Below, in pieces: positions 11,211-24,552 of a stretch of DNA of 64,000 nt. The stretch spans positions 90,274,001 through 90,338,000 of the forward strand of contig CM052816.1 of NCBI GenBank assembly GCA_028534125.1, written 5' to 3'. Source of the stretch: Lama glama (lineage: Eukaryota). Position 1 is the first letter of the stretch. Each line of letters starts with the position of its first letter. Position numbers and translations under genes: made by a program. Under the pieces are notes generated by a model that was not told the DNA's origin, did no database searches, and saw only the letters and a program-made list of their open reading frames with translations.

Positions 11211-14200
11211 TAATTCTAGCGTATTTTCTCCTGTTTGAAATGAATAACTTGCTAATTTATTCAAAACGCAACATTGTTTTTGTTGTTGACCAACAGTGCC
11301 TGTGATAAGCATTGCAACTCAACAAAACTGCCCTGCTCCTGTAGCTAACACACGTGCTGGGTGGCACCTTGTTCTAGAAGTATCAGTTCTTCAACTGGCC
11401 AGGGTGGGCTGACCAGTTTCTCAGTTAAAAAGAGGCGAAAAGAATCCCCAGCAATCTAGCCAGAATCCAAAGGGTAAGCTCTTTCAAATACGCCACATAC
11501 GTGAAAGTTGGAAGCTGTAAAGAAAGATTCAGGACAATTTCTTGGAGCCCTCTTATAGCAGAGACAAGGCAGATACCGAAACATTTATTTAGGTAAACTC
11601 TACTCACAAGATGGCACCAGGGCATTCTAACTGAGCCCCAAGTATCATCACAACTGTGACTACCTGCCGTTTTAATTCTCATATAAAACATTCCCAGCAG
11701 GACCTGACCAGGAATAACTCTTCTTCTCTCCCAATCTCCCTGCCTAATCCAACATACTAGATGTTTCTCCCTCTCTCTCTCTAACATGATAATTTTATTT
11801 CAAGGCCCTCATTCACGTCCTTGCCTCAGTACTTTGATTAGATCCACCTAAATCCATCCCAAAAGTGTTTTCAGACTCTAAATCTTGGAGACAGATATTT
11901 GGAGACTATTGATCACTTCCTCCCAAAAAATGACAGGCACTTAGACAGATAGATTCAACCTGCTGTCAGCTTGGGAGAAGTCAAGAGAAAGTTGTAAATG
12001 GTTCCAACATCTTTCTTCTACTGATGATCTGCCAGGCTCACATCTAAGAAAGTCCCACAAAGGCTATTCAAAATTATTCTCTAACTTTGTTCCTGAATTG
12101 AGGAAGGAAAAAAAATTTTTAGTAGGCAAAAGAGAAATGAATGCTTTTGTGGTGTTCCATTCCATCTTATAAATGCGTTATCAACACCTCACAAGAGTTC
12201 ACAAGGGACACCAAAGGCATTTTGCCACCCTTTATAAACCATTGATGTGTTATCATGTGGCACAGTTATTTTTATGGCCTCTTTGAGATGGTATCTTATA
12301 ATGAACAAATTCAGTATGAAAACTACAGAGAAGTTCAGTTTTATTTAGCACAGTTCAGGCCTTTCCTTGAAACCCGTGGCCTGTTCTGAGGTTTAACTTA
12401 AATAGTTCAAGGTTAACTGTAAGATGACTCAGTGAACAAGCTGACCTCATTTTGTTTGCATGCTGTCTTTCTTTTGGTGACCCATGTCAGTATTTCTCAC
12501 CTCATTGGTACCATTATTCTCTGGCTCTAGGGTGATAACAAAGAACAAAGGACCCTTTGGACTTACAGAGGACACATTCACTTTATTTGCTATTTTTCCG
12601 TGGGAGTTTTGTATCTTAATGCTTAAAATTTGTTAAATGATTTCCTAAATAAAAGTGTCTCTTTCTAGTCTCTACCCTTTTAAAATTCCAGGATAACGTT
12701 TCTGAGCACAATGTTTTATTTTGTCATCCTGGCTCCTAAAATGATATAAGAGAAAATCCCTAGTAACATTTAAGTGCGTGGATGGTTTTCTTTTTAAGGG
12801 TTTTTTTATTTTCATGCATCTCCTAAATACTTAATCTATCACTTAGAAATAGACAAAATTAAACTTCATGGTTAGTTTCATGTATATTTAGAATGTGTGT
12901 TATGTAAGGCTTTATGAGATTCAAGAAAAACTTTGTTTGTTTTAAATAATTTTTACAGATTCTCAAATTATCGTAACTTCCATAAACTGAAATCCTTAAA
13001 GGACTATCTTGTAAATTCAAAAATTTTAATTAATTTAAAGCAAAATTAGCTTCCAAGGCATTGTGATTTGATTCAGTGATTTCATGAATATTGATATGTG
13101 CATGCATGTACTTACTAGAATAATTTTCTCATTCTTTTCCTAAATGTATCAAATTCAATTTACTTGCATGCTTCCTTATTTGAAATTGTGTACTAATGAA
13201 AGATTAAAGTATGTTATTATACAAATTGCTTAAATGTCTTTTTACCTGTGATGTCATAATTACATAGATATGCTGGGGTGATGGGGAAAGAATCAAACTT
13301 AATTAGCACAGAAGTATGAATACATATGTTAATGATGCTCATGAATAAAATATTCTGCTTTAAAATATGATAACATATATATATTTAGAAAAAAATATTT
13401 TGTAATCAAATTTGTTTTATCTATCTATTGCTAGTGACACCAAACACTGAGATGACATATGCTTCTCTGGAACGAACTCTGGTTTGTCTTACTCCTTATG
13501 CTAATCCATATGCTCTAATTTATATAAATCCATCTGTGGCCAAAACTCTGTTGTAATAATGATTTAAATATCATATTTATATAACATTAAAAATAACTAA
13601 GAAAGAGTATCTTTTGATTCAACAATAAACAGTTACCCAAAATGAAAATTATGAAATAGAGAAAAATGGGACAGATTTCTCACATGTAAAATGACAATAT
13701 GCACTTATAATGCAGATCAGGTGAAAGAGAGGGAAGAAATACTGTTTTATGTGAAAAAATTACACATAAAATAGAAAATAATGGGTCATCATACAACAAT
13801 TAGGTTTTTTATTATCACATGGTTCTACTCTATATTTACCTCTTAGATCTATTTTTTTAATCCCCAACTCTTACTGTCAAAATCAGAGCTTCTTAAATTA
13901 AACATTAAAATATGGCATGTCATCCAGATACCACACAATCCCCCATATGGTGCTGTCATCACTTTCCACACACCACTATCTCAGACTTTTGCACATACTC
14001 TGTTGCTAAGGCCAAAATGAGTAAATTTAGCCTATGTGAAAATAAAAGGCCAAATAAAAGACCCCTATCATCAGATACATGCATCTCACTCAACTAAGAG
14101 TCTTCCTTTCTTTCCTCATCTCAAGGACAGGTTTGCAGGAGAAATTCTATATCTTCTTGAATTTGCAACCAGAAAATCTGATAGGTAAATTAGAAGCAAA

Positions 14201-14264
14201 ATTTCTCCTAATCATTATAGTAGTAAACACTTTGTTGAGGAACAGGATTTTTATTTAAATAATC

Positions 14265-15260
14265 ACTTTTTATTGAGTATCTATTATACACCATATGAAT
14301 AAGAGGAAGGAATATAATTCTGAATAAAATAGACACAACCCTTGCTTTCAGAAAACTTTTGTTCCTGTATGCAGATAAGATATGAATTAATCTCAGTGAT
14401 GAATGTATAATTGTATAATTGTATAATTTATGATGCTGTATTAGTTTGTTTGCTGCCATAAAAAAAAAGTACCACAAACTGGATGGCTCAAGAAACAGAA
14501 ATTCATTATCTCACAGTTTTCAAGGCTAGACGTCTGAGACAAGATTATTAATCAGCAGGTTGGTTTCTGCTTTTCTCTGTGAGGGAAAATCTGTTCCATG
14601 CCTCCCTCTTGGCTTCCAGTGGTTTGCTGAGGATCTTATTTCTTGGCTTGTAGACATAGCACCCTGATCTTTGCCTTTATGTTCACATGCGACCTGTGCG
14701 TCTGTGTGTGTATGTGCATGTGTGTGCGCATGTGGGCAAATCTCTCCTTTTTATAAGGCACCAGTTATTCTGGTTTAGGAGCCTGCCCTGCTTTAGCCAT
14801 GATCTCATCATAACTAATTATATCTGCAATGACCCTATTTCCACATAAGGTCACATTCTGAGGTACTGGGGATTTAGGACTTCACCATATGGGTTAGATG
14901 GGAGGGGGGTGCCCAGTGCAACCCGTAGCATATGACAAGCACTTTAAAAGAAAAAAACCACTATTTCATAACAGTATAAGAGTACAGCAATTGGAGTAGG
15001 GTGTGAGGGCTGGGTATGATTAGGGATATTTTGCCCAGAGAAGTGACTTCATGAAGGAAATAGAAGAAGAGTAATTGACAATGGATGAAGAAAAAAATAG
15101 GGTCATTATAGAAACTCTTGAGTTTCACAGTGATTTCATTTAACAGCGTCCAAAGTCACAGGAAGCCAACTCACTGAAACACTGAATGTGCCCATCATAT
15201 TCAGCAACCAAAAGATCATTGCTGACCTCTTCCACTGAAGTTGGGATGAAAGCTACGAAT
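14265..15260 (-). mobile_element. L2 fragments interrupted by an MLT1 LTR
   Basis: TTTATTGAGTATCTA-type L2 3' end and purine-rich degenerate L2 body on both sides of the LTR. Confidence 0.5.
14437..14930 (-). mobile_element. MLT1B/C-like MaLR solo LTR
   Basis: TGTATTAGTTT...GTACCACAAACTGG...AAGGTCACATTCTGAGGTACTGGGG...CCCGTAGCA, the characteristic reverse-complement MLT1 pattern. Confidence 0.88.
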
Positions 15261-15768
15261 GTTTACAGTGTAGACAACACTTGCAAATTGGGGAAATGGT
15301 CATGAATGACAATAAGAGACTAGAGAAACTAGATTCAGCAGAGAAAATTTTAAAAGAAGGGTAAATTCAGAAAAAAAAGTAAAAATTCAATGATGAGACC
15401 GAAATATATAGACTGTAAATATTTGCAATTAAATTTGTACAACTTGCATTAGTGTCAGAGAAAAGGGTTAAGAAAGATAAACCTAGAAAACAGGGTAAAT
15501 TTAACAAAATAAAAATGGACTAAATCATTGCAAGATAAATATTCTACAGTAAGTCGATATGGTAAAGGAGAGATGGAGTACTTTTCTTAAAATGTGATGA
15601 AATAAAATTTTGGGCAAAGACAGTGAGTGGGAAGAGAGGAGAGCAATTTTAGAAACATCAACATATAGCAGTAATTTCTGAAAACTCTGAAGTATATCCA
15701 CCTCAGATCTTATTGTATATCAACCTTATAAGGCAGTCCTGTGAGTTAATTGGGAAAATCTTATAAGA

Positions 15769-16795
15769 CAGAAATGCTGGTAAATGTTTAAATCACTGAC
15801 TTTTCTGAAAACAAAAATGTGTGAATACACATATTTGTGTGTAGACATAGATATTTATATAAACACACAAACCTAAATCTATTATAAAATTACCTGTTAT
15901 AAAGGATGCATAGCATGCAACTGGCAAATAATAAGATATACATTACTCTTTATTACAAGTTTCTTACAGTCAATTGAGTCTCACAAAATGCTTACACTGA
16001 TTTTTATCAAATTCTTGTATGGCCAATCTAGATTATCAATTAAATGATAATTTAATTTCTTCGTGAATATTAGTCCATATAAATGTTGGTTTATTAATGA
16101 GTAAGATGACATTGAAATGACATAGACATATGCTGGAATTTCACTCATTCATCAAGAATCTGGAATTTCACCCATTCATCAAGGTTCTGAGTGACTTCTT
16201 TGCTGGCTGGATAATAGTCTTTGGATACCAGGAGACTATTTTCTCCAAGATTGTGCTATTCACAATGTAACAGCTACAGATACAAGGCACTTTTAAGTTT
16301 AATTGACATTACTAACATTTTTTTCTATCACTTTTTTAAGTCTAGAATATCAAAAATAAATTAGGGGATCTCCAGGTTGATGAATGCATTTAGGTTCCCA
16401 GAGAAGGTCTGGAAGCTCCCTCTTTATATTTAGGCTCTGATTTGTAGTTTTTTTCCAACACCCATGATGTAAATACTTCCGACTGTTGCTGATTTCAAGC
16501 TACCAACCTGGTATCACTGAATACAAAGTTGGGAAGAGATGCCTAGAATTACCACATTATATGGTATTTTAACCATATTGATACAATCAACATAACCTCA
16601 CAAACACAGATAATAGTAAAATAATTAGAAAGACATGAGCACTGAATATATATTACTTTTGGTCTTAAATTATTTAAGAGTGAGGTTTCATAATTTAATT
16701 TCTAATTATGATCATGTTTAATGACTGACTCAAAGACTCCTGAAAATTTAATGGTCAGCTATCATGAGCCTGTGACAGTCACCTCCAGCATGCTG
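15769..16795. mobile_element. Zaphod-like hAT-Tip100 DNA transposon with a short LTR-like insert (~16362-16425)
   Basis: Ends resemble Zaphod termini (ATGCTGGTAAATGTTTA ... CTCCAGCATGCTG). Internal motifs GCTGATTTCAAGCTACCAAC and GTTGGGAAGAGATG. Confidence 0.75.
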
Positions 16796-17189
16796 AAACC
16801 AAATTCTTCCTGAAAGTAGAGTGTTTAGTCACTTAAATTTGGTCCAAGAATAAGAGGGGAAAGAAGACTCTGGCAAAAAGATAAGGTCTACTTCTCCAGT
16901 TAGCACCATGACACAAACTTGGGATTTTTTAAAATGAAGACACTTCAATAAAAGAATAAAAACTGAGAGGTGTTGCCTTAAAGTACAAATGGTATTTAGT
17001 TATTAAAAATTTTCATCTGAAAATGGGGTCAGGAGAAACAACTATATAAAGAGTTCAGTAATCCTCTAATGAAATACCCAGACTGAGTGTGAGTGAAAAA
17101 AATTAACAGAACTGTCAGTAAAACTGCAAGAAAAGCAACGAGATGGCCATCACTCAAAAGCTAATAGTTTATCGGATTTTTTTAGAACA

Positions 17190-18300
17190 GCTGGTTCCAG
17201 GTGGCACCTGAAGCTGATATCAACAAAACTACTCTTGTTAATGTCACAAGTGACCTTGAAATTGCCAAATATCCTTGACAATTTTAGTCTCTGACTGACT
17301 AACATTGCATCAGTATATGACATACATGTCTATTTTCTTCTTTTTACACACTCCATCCTCTGTCTTCGAGGGCACCATTTCTTGTTTGTTTTTCTGCTTC
17401 TCCCTACCTGGCACTTCTCCCACGCTCCTTCTCTAACATATTTTAACAGCGATGTTCCTCAGGGATCTATCATCACCTTTTTTCCTTCTCACTTCACACA
17501 GTCCAGCAGTTCTCAACAGGGAATTTTTATTTTACCCTCAAGGGGCATTTGGCAATGTCTGGAGATATTTTTTGTTGTCACAACTTGAACTCTGCTACTG
17601 GTTTCTAGTGGATGGATTACCATCCTATAATGCATAACTGCATCCCTCTATCCACTGCACATGCTCAGTTTGGAGTTCTACAGGCATCTCACATGGAACG
17701 TTTCTAAGACAAAATTCACCATCTCTTTCCCAAATCTGCGTCTCTCCATGCAGTTTCTAATTTTGCAAAAATAAAACTGAGAGTCTAGTCTACTAAAGTC
17801 TGGTCTTCTCCACCTCTTTTACCCTTCAGGTCTAAGCAGCCGCTGAGTTCTGGAGCTTCTGTCTTTGATGCTTCTCTCAGAGGCACTTCCATGCCTCAGT
17901 GCTAATATGTATCATATCATATCAAGAACCTCTTAACTAGTTATCCTTTTTCCAGCTTTATCCCCATTTAAGACAGACTCGTACATGACACTCATAGACA
18001 TCTTTCTAAAATGAAATTCTGAGCATGTTCTTCCCTTTTGGAAAACTGTAAATGATTTTGAAACACATTTTGTCTCCTTAATATGGATTCAAACATTTCA
18101 TGACTACCAACCTCAGGTTGACCCTCAAGTCCATGCTAAATGCCAGCTTTTCTGAAAAGTACATGTTGAGAGCAGCATTCCCTCTGTACTTTCCTGTGTT
18201 TGCCCATGATTCCATCTTATCCATTCTTACCCTCTTCTCCCAGCTGCATGGCTAGCATTCATTCCTCCATCATCACACAACTGAAATACCACTTTTTCAA
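17190..18300 (+). mobile_element. L2 ORF2/3' fragments
   Basis: AAACTACTCTTGTTAATGTCACAAGTGACCTT (L2 RT 'KVTNDL'-type region) and a pyrimidine-rich L2 3' body. Confidence 0.7.
17504..17640 (+). mobile_element. MER20-like hAT-Charlie fragment inserted in L2
   Basis: CAGCAGTTCTCAAC...GGGGCATTTGGCAATGTCTGGAGATATTTTTTGTTGTCACAAC. Confidence 0.85.
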
Positions 18301-18754
18301 ATACAGTGGCATTTTTTTTAATGTTAATATCCAGTTTGGTAACAGTATGAGTAAAAACACATCCTTATATACTATTGATAGATTTATAAATTCCAAAAAC
18401 CATTAGAAGAATAATTTGACCTTTGAAATATTAATATTCATACTTGTGGCAATTTGAAACATTTATTTTATACATAAGGTTCATATAAATGTACAAGGAT
18501 ATATTTGAAAAGATGCCCTTTGTAGCATGACTTGCTAAGGCAGAAACAATGGAATCAATTCAACAGAATGACTTTAAAATATGTAAATTAACATCTTGAA
18601 ATAACTTGTAGGCATTTTTAACATGAAGTAGATTTGTGTGTATTGACCTGAAAATAAAAGTTATATTGTTATAGGAGAGGGGAGCACTATATTAGTATGG
18701 ACCAACTATCAGCAAAGGGGAAAAGTGTTTTTGTCCACTTAAAAAAAAACTTTT

Positions 18755-19093
18755 CATTTGTTCATTTGTTTTGTTTTTTAGATCCCACATATAAGTAACA
18801 GCACACAGCGCTGTATACAACAAAACAGAAAGATATTCACAGATACAGAGACCAAAGTAGTGGTTACAAGGGAGAAGGGTGAAAGAAGTGACGGCATGAC
18901 AGGTGGTTATAAAATAAATTTCACAAGATGTAACACACAGCACAGGAAATATAGTCAGCATTTTATAACTTTATATGGTGTATAATTTATAAAAATATCA
19001 AATCACTATGCTGTAGACCCAAAACTAATATAATATTGTAAGTCAACTGTATTTCAATTAAAAATAAATAAATAAGTAGATAAAAATAAAAAT
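18755..19093 (+). mobile_element. 5'-inverted L1 3' end (L1MA9/artiodactyl-type)
   Basis: Antisense 3'UTR piece 18755-18814, then sense 3'UTR and A-tail 18815-19093. TSD AAAACTTTT 18746-18754 / 19094-19102. Confidence 0.8.
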
Positions 19094-19099
19094 AAAACT

Positions 19100-19350
19100 T
19101 TTATTTTGGAATGATTTTAGATTTATAGAAGTTACAAAAGCAGTACAAAGGTTTTCTGGATACTCCCACCCAGTTTCCCCCATTGTTAACATCTTACATT
19201 TCCACAACACATTTCTCAAAACTAAAAAACCAATACTGACATACCACTATCAATTGAAGTCTAAACTTTGTATATATTTCATCTGTTTTCCACTAACATT
19301 CTTTCTCTGCTCCGAGATCCAATACAAGGAACCCCATTACATTTAATTCT
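19100..19350 (-). mobile_element. L1MD-like 3' end
   Basis: TTTTAGATTTATAGAAG...CCCAGTTTCCCCCATTGTTAACATCTTACAT, characteristic of L1MD 3' ends. Confidence 0.7.
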
Positions 19351-20029
19351 TTCAGTTATGATTTTATATGCTTCTGTATTATTTATATTTTTTCAAAATG
19401 CATATACAATATTCATGTACAAAGTAACAAGTATTACTGTCTGGAATTCCTCCCTGTCTGAGCTGAGTGACCTTCTTCAGTTCCCAAGGAATCTTAAGTG
19501 TTCCTCCAAGATCACATGCATTATAATCATTAGTTTTCACTTCTGTCTCCAAAACTGGTTTTAATTAGGCAACTCTGAAATAAGAGAGTTCTCAGAATTA
19601 TTAGTTTATTTTGTTTCTTTACATCATAATGCCCCTGGAGCCAACATGCAAGCACATTAATTTAAAAAAACAGAATAAACTAAATAAATGATAAATACCA
19701 TACACTGGAATAACAGATCCAAGGGATTGAACTGCATAAAATAGTCATCCCTACATCTTTATACATGGTAATGAAATCTCTGTGTGCTGAGAGGAAGGGT
19801 TCAAACCTCACCAGCAGACGCTCAGAACCAACTAACAAAATTTCAGTGTAAAATGAAGCAGGTCATTAAATGAATTCATGACCACATTTCAATGTCATAT
19901 AAGTCATCAATGAAACATTATTACAGGATGTAATAGCCAGAGATAATGTGCACATAGCAAAGCAACAACGCTTACCACTTTTCACTGAGTGACAAGCATT
20001 AACACTAAGCATTCAAAGGTCTTAGTTGA

Positions 20030-20535
20030 CAGATGACTGGATAATGAAGTTGTGGTATGTTGGAATACTACTCAGCCATAAAGAAGAATGAAATAATGCC
20101 ATTTGCAGCAATGTGGATGGACCTGGAGATTGTCATTCTAACTGAAGTAAGCCAGAAAAAGAAAGAAAAATACCATAGGATATCACTTATATGCGGAATC
20201 TAAAATAAAAAAAAAAGGCAAATGAACTTATTTATGAAACAGAAACAGACTCACAGGCATAGAAAACAAATTTACGGTTACAATTGGGGAAAGGGGGTGC
20301 AAAGGTATAAATTGGGAGTTTGAGATTTGCAGATACTAACTATAGAAAATAGATTAAAAAGTTGCTACTGTATAACACAGGAAACTACATTCAATATCTT
20401 GTAGTAACCTATAATGAAAAAGAATATGAAAAGGAACTTATGTATGTATATATACGACTGAAGCATTATGCTGTAACCAGAAATTGACACAACATTGCAA
20501 ACAGACATCAATCAATCGATCAATCAATCAAGAGA
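20030..20535 (+). mobile_element. Young 5'-truncated L1 with (TCAA)n tail
   Basis: Homologous to 350-860. TSD AAAGGTCTTAGTTGA 20015-20029 / AAAGGTCTTATTTGA 20536-20550. Confidence 0.93.
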
Positions 20536-20659
20536 AAAGGTCTTATTTGAGAATTCTAAAATGTTCTTTCTAAGAAGAATTCTTCAGGAATCATATTACT
20601 GATTAGAGATTTTAGAAAATCTTTCCCGAAGAAGGTGGATCTGAGCACTGAGTTTTCCC

Positions 20660-20815
20660 ACACCCATCTGATAAATGAAGAAAGGAAGGCTCACAGAGGT
20701 GAGGAAACTTGCTCGGGGTGACAGGCTAGGTGATGGCAGAGCAGTCCCTAACTGACACTGATTTGTATCATTCCCCTTTCTTACTAATAAGGAAACTGAG
20801 GCTCAGCTTAATTTC
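20660..20815 (-). mobile_element. MIR fragments
   Basis: ATAAATGAAGAAAGGAAGGCTCACAGAGG and AATAAGGAAACTGAGGCTCAG, MIR-core-like motifs. Confidence 0.6.
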
Positions 20816-21016
20816 ACTGCATGTAAGTTCGTGGAATAAATGAAACGGAAATTTCTAAAGCAAAAGGTTTATTTTACATAGATAGGGGTTTTGTTCATTT
20901 GGCCACAGGTAGAAACAGACAAATACTCAAATATCATTTTTTTTCAATGTTTTATAATACTGTTGAAAGACACGGAAGTTCATCCTGTGTCTCAATTATG
21001 GTGAGGTGTAGTTGGT

Positions 21017-21480
21017 TAGGTGCTTGCTGGTGGTGGAGCTGAAGTATCATCCACTGAGCTCTCCTGGATCTCTGTTCTCCAGGATTCCTTTCCCTGCGTA
21101 GTTGAGTCAGTGTGAGCCTCCTGTGGCATTTTGCATGAGATTTGGAAGGTGAAAGGGCAGCAGCAGCCTGTTCCTGTGCCCTGAGCCCTGGCAGCCTGTG
21201 TGGCTGGTGAGGCTCACTTCCATCGTCCTTGTTCACCTGCGCTCACCTGGTTCGTGCTGGACACCCTCCACCCACAGTTCCTTCAGCTCCTGCCAGACCT
21301 ACTGGGTCAGCATCTTCAGCATTTTCCCCAGGTTGAGCTGAGCTCCCTGAGGACAACAAGATCTTCTCCTGCAGGATGTCCCACCATGAAAGCTGGAGGC
21401 TGGGAAGCAGTGAAGTTCAATGTAGGTTCCAGTACATTCTCATTCTCTCAATAATTCACCTTTGTGTACTAACCAGCAGG
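21017..21480 (+). mobile_element. LTR41-like ERVL LTR
   Basis: TTGCATGAGATTTGGAAGG...AGCAGCAGCC resembles the recalled LTR41/LTR41B; a GC-richer block of about 460 bp. Confidence 0.6.
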
Positions 21481-21515
21481 GCATTTGATATATTTTCCTA
21501 TAAAGTGGTGTATCC

Positions 21516-21688
21516 TTTTTTATTGAAGTGTTGTCCATTTATAATGTTGTGTTAATATCTGGTGTACAGCATCGTGATTCATATATATATATGTATATGT
21601 ATATTCATTTTTATATTCTTTTTCATTATAGGTCATTACAAGGTATTAAATATAGTTCCCTGTGCTATACAGTAGGTCCTTGTTGTTT
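21516..21688 (-). mobile_element. L1 3'-end fragment
   Basis: Poly-T then TATTGAAG...AATATAGTTCCCTGTGCTATACAGTA, the reverse complement of about 700-860. Confidence 0.9.
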
Positions 21689-23702
21689 GCTCCAGAGGTG
21701 AAGTTACTTCTGTCTTCCAAGGCTGTTTGCTACACGAGTATGTTTGAAAAGACAGCCCAGGAGAGAGATGGTCAGTGCTTCTCTTCTCAAGATGTGCAGA
21801 ATTGTGGGGAAAAAAACGCAGATTTTTCTTCCAACAGATTATGCTGGGCTTGGTTCAACATCTTCAAAATACTGAAGACCTGCCTAATCTTCACCTCAAA
21901 AAACCTGAAATGGTAAACAGGAGGAGTGTTCTCTCTAGCAGAATAGAATTCATCAAAGTCATTTATTGAGCTTCCAAGTTACATATGGCGTTGTATTAGA
22001 ACTATAGCAAATTACTCAGCTAAAAAAATGGTTTGTTCCTTAACTACTTCACCTTACATCTATCAAGAGTAATGTTCTAGGAATGTGTTTACTCATATTG
22101 GTATGAAAATAAAATTCTGCTTTAAAAGGCAGGGTCATTAGGCACATTGAAAGTGTGAAAAAAGACAGATCCATAGATAAAGGATAGTTTTTTTTTTTCA
22201 AATTGTACATGAATACAAGGCATTCGTGGAGGATTGACTGATGGCCTGTTTTTTGTGCTTTATTCTTGGAGTGGGAGGGGAGGAGGGATATTGAACTAGA
22301 AGATACATGATTGCCATCAGCAAGGGCTCATCTTCTCTGTCAACAGACAAAATTGCATTTACTTCTTAGGCTGTGTTCACAGATACATATTGGAATGTCT
22401 GAACTCCCCTATAAGAAGGATAAAAATAAATTTAATGACAGATACTTTGGACAGTTTTGTTTAAATTAAGGAAAACTAAACAACTTGACTTTGCAATGAG
22501 ATATTTGTACATTGTAGGGGTTTCATCTAGCCTGTGTTTTTTCGTATTGGTTGTTAACTTTTCAAATGCTAGATTTCTGGCTTTTTCACATTATCCAGTT
22601 TATCTGTATGTAAAATAATGGTTGAAACTCCACTAATTATGGAGTTTTTAATAGCTTACAGATATAATACATTTTTAAAATCTCATAAATATAAATGAAA
22701 AGATGGAATCCAACATTGACACCACCATGACGTAAGTAGCAACATCTGAGCCAAGGGGCCGACAACCACTGAGACAGCTGGAATCCAAGGCTGCAGAGGG
22801 GAGAGACTGCATATTTAAGTAAAAATGAATGCAAATGAGGGGAGGAATAGAGTCATGCTCAACTCTGTTAATGGCTGATCAAGAAAGAATGCAGGAGAGT
22901 GGACACTTTCTCTCCACCCAGCAGGAGGTCATTTGTCCCAGACTTCCCCTCCTAGCAAAGTGAACAGCCCAACCACAAAAGGATTCAGGAGTATCTCATT
23001 CTATTTTACCTCCGATAATATGTTCTCATTTGGCAGTTCCACTAGTTTCTTAGCCCCTCAAGTTAATATCTAAATTCTCTCTGTAAATAGGATGATTATT
23101 CAGAATTCAGCCATTACATATAGTTCTCTGTGCTTGATCATTTCACTGGTTACTCTCCAGAAGTCTACGTGTGAACTAGAAGAGCAACCATACCACGTAT
23201 TTACTGAAATGCAAGGAAAGGAGGAACGCCAGATTTCATCTTGTAACTAATTAAGTTAAACTTGAATTAAAAACTTAAGATTTGAACATTTCACAAACAT
23301 TTTTATAGTTGAAGTATTTAAGAAATTTGTAAGATATAAAAGCTTTCCCACGAAGAAAGCCCACATTGTGTGTATGTGTGAAATCAATGACCTACAGTCA
23401 TTGAAAGTCATGACCTCAATGAAAACCTAACAAATAATTTATTTTCTACAAGGTTCCTAAAAAGTAAAAAGATCACTACACACATATATCCATTCTTAAG
23501 TATAAAGTACATGAAAGCCAATTAAAAGACTGGAAAGAATTTGACCATTAGACAAGAAGGAGAATATGATTTATTTGGTTGCAGATTCTTCAAGCAAGCA
23601 TTTTATTATATATCCATCATTTCAACAGTACTTTGGTGTAGCTTCATGCTGCTTAAAAAAAAAAAAAAAGTCTCCAGCACAGAATATGCAAGTTCCTTGA
23701 GT

Positions 23703-23770
23703 CAGCTGGTGATTGACAGCCGAGAGAATTTTTGTGATTGACAGGAGACAGCAATGCCCCCCAGGGGGAC
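23703..23770. promoter_or_regulatory. Candidate enhancer: two PBX-PREP/MEIS decamers, an E-box and an EBF/ZIC-like GC box
   Basis: TGATTGACAG at 23710-23719 and 23735-23744, CAGCTG at 23703-23708, GCCCCCCAGGGGGAC at 23756-23770, in non-repeat sequence. Confidence 0.6.
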
Positions 23771-24552
23771 CATTTGCAGGCTGATACTAAAAATCACGCC
23801 AGTCTCTCTCTCCTACTTTTTCTCCAAAATCTTTTATTAGTAAACTTCCCCTGGTGATCTACCTAAGCTATTAAACACAGAAAACCTGAGCTATTTCTCC
23901 CAGAAAGGGGAAAGCAATATATTAGCTGAAGTACAGGTTTCAACATCAGCACCTTAAATGCTGAACCGCAGAGACATGTTGGAAAACCAGATCAAGTTCC
24001 CAGGGTCGAAAGCTAAAAAAGTTTTCTCTTATTCCTTACTCTGAAAAGGTTCAAAATATTCTAAGTCTCCTCCAAAGTTGTTCTTCTCTTATTCCTCCAG
24101 TCTTCCTCGATTTGGGATGAATCTTGAACATAGTTGATGGTCAAGAAAAGAAAGACCTAAAGTAGCCTTCTACTTTCAGTTCTTTTTCCAAGTAAGAATA
24201 CACAATTTTGGAAATGAAATACCCCCTCCATTCTTTATTTTCTAAAGTAAAGGTGTTGGGAAAATATTTAGGATCTATTCTAGACCCCATTCCTGCATGC
24301 CTTCATTCCTTCCTCAGACATTCTAAAGTCATTTTTGTGTTTGCAACAGCTGCGTTTGGGGAAGTCAGGAATGCTCTTATTCCAAATCTTCACATGGCAA
24401 ACCCTTAGTCATTTAACATAGTCCAACCTCACGAATAAATGAATAAAATAGGGTACTAGGCAGCAATGCATTCTGCTTTATTAATTAACAAGCATCAAGC
24501 AAAAATAATTAGAAGCTACTCAGAGATTTCTTCTATTATATAGAAAGCTAAA

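Noticed and set aside
11425..11787. 120-aa minus-strand ORF
   Set aside because: No recognisable domain or splice structure; length within chance for 64 kb in six frames.
22703..22736. ATG...ATGAC|GTAAGT as a first coding exon (MESNIDTTM)
   Set aside because: No recognisable protein or downstream exon; the donor hexamer is expected by chance.
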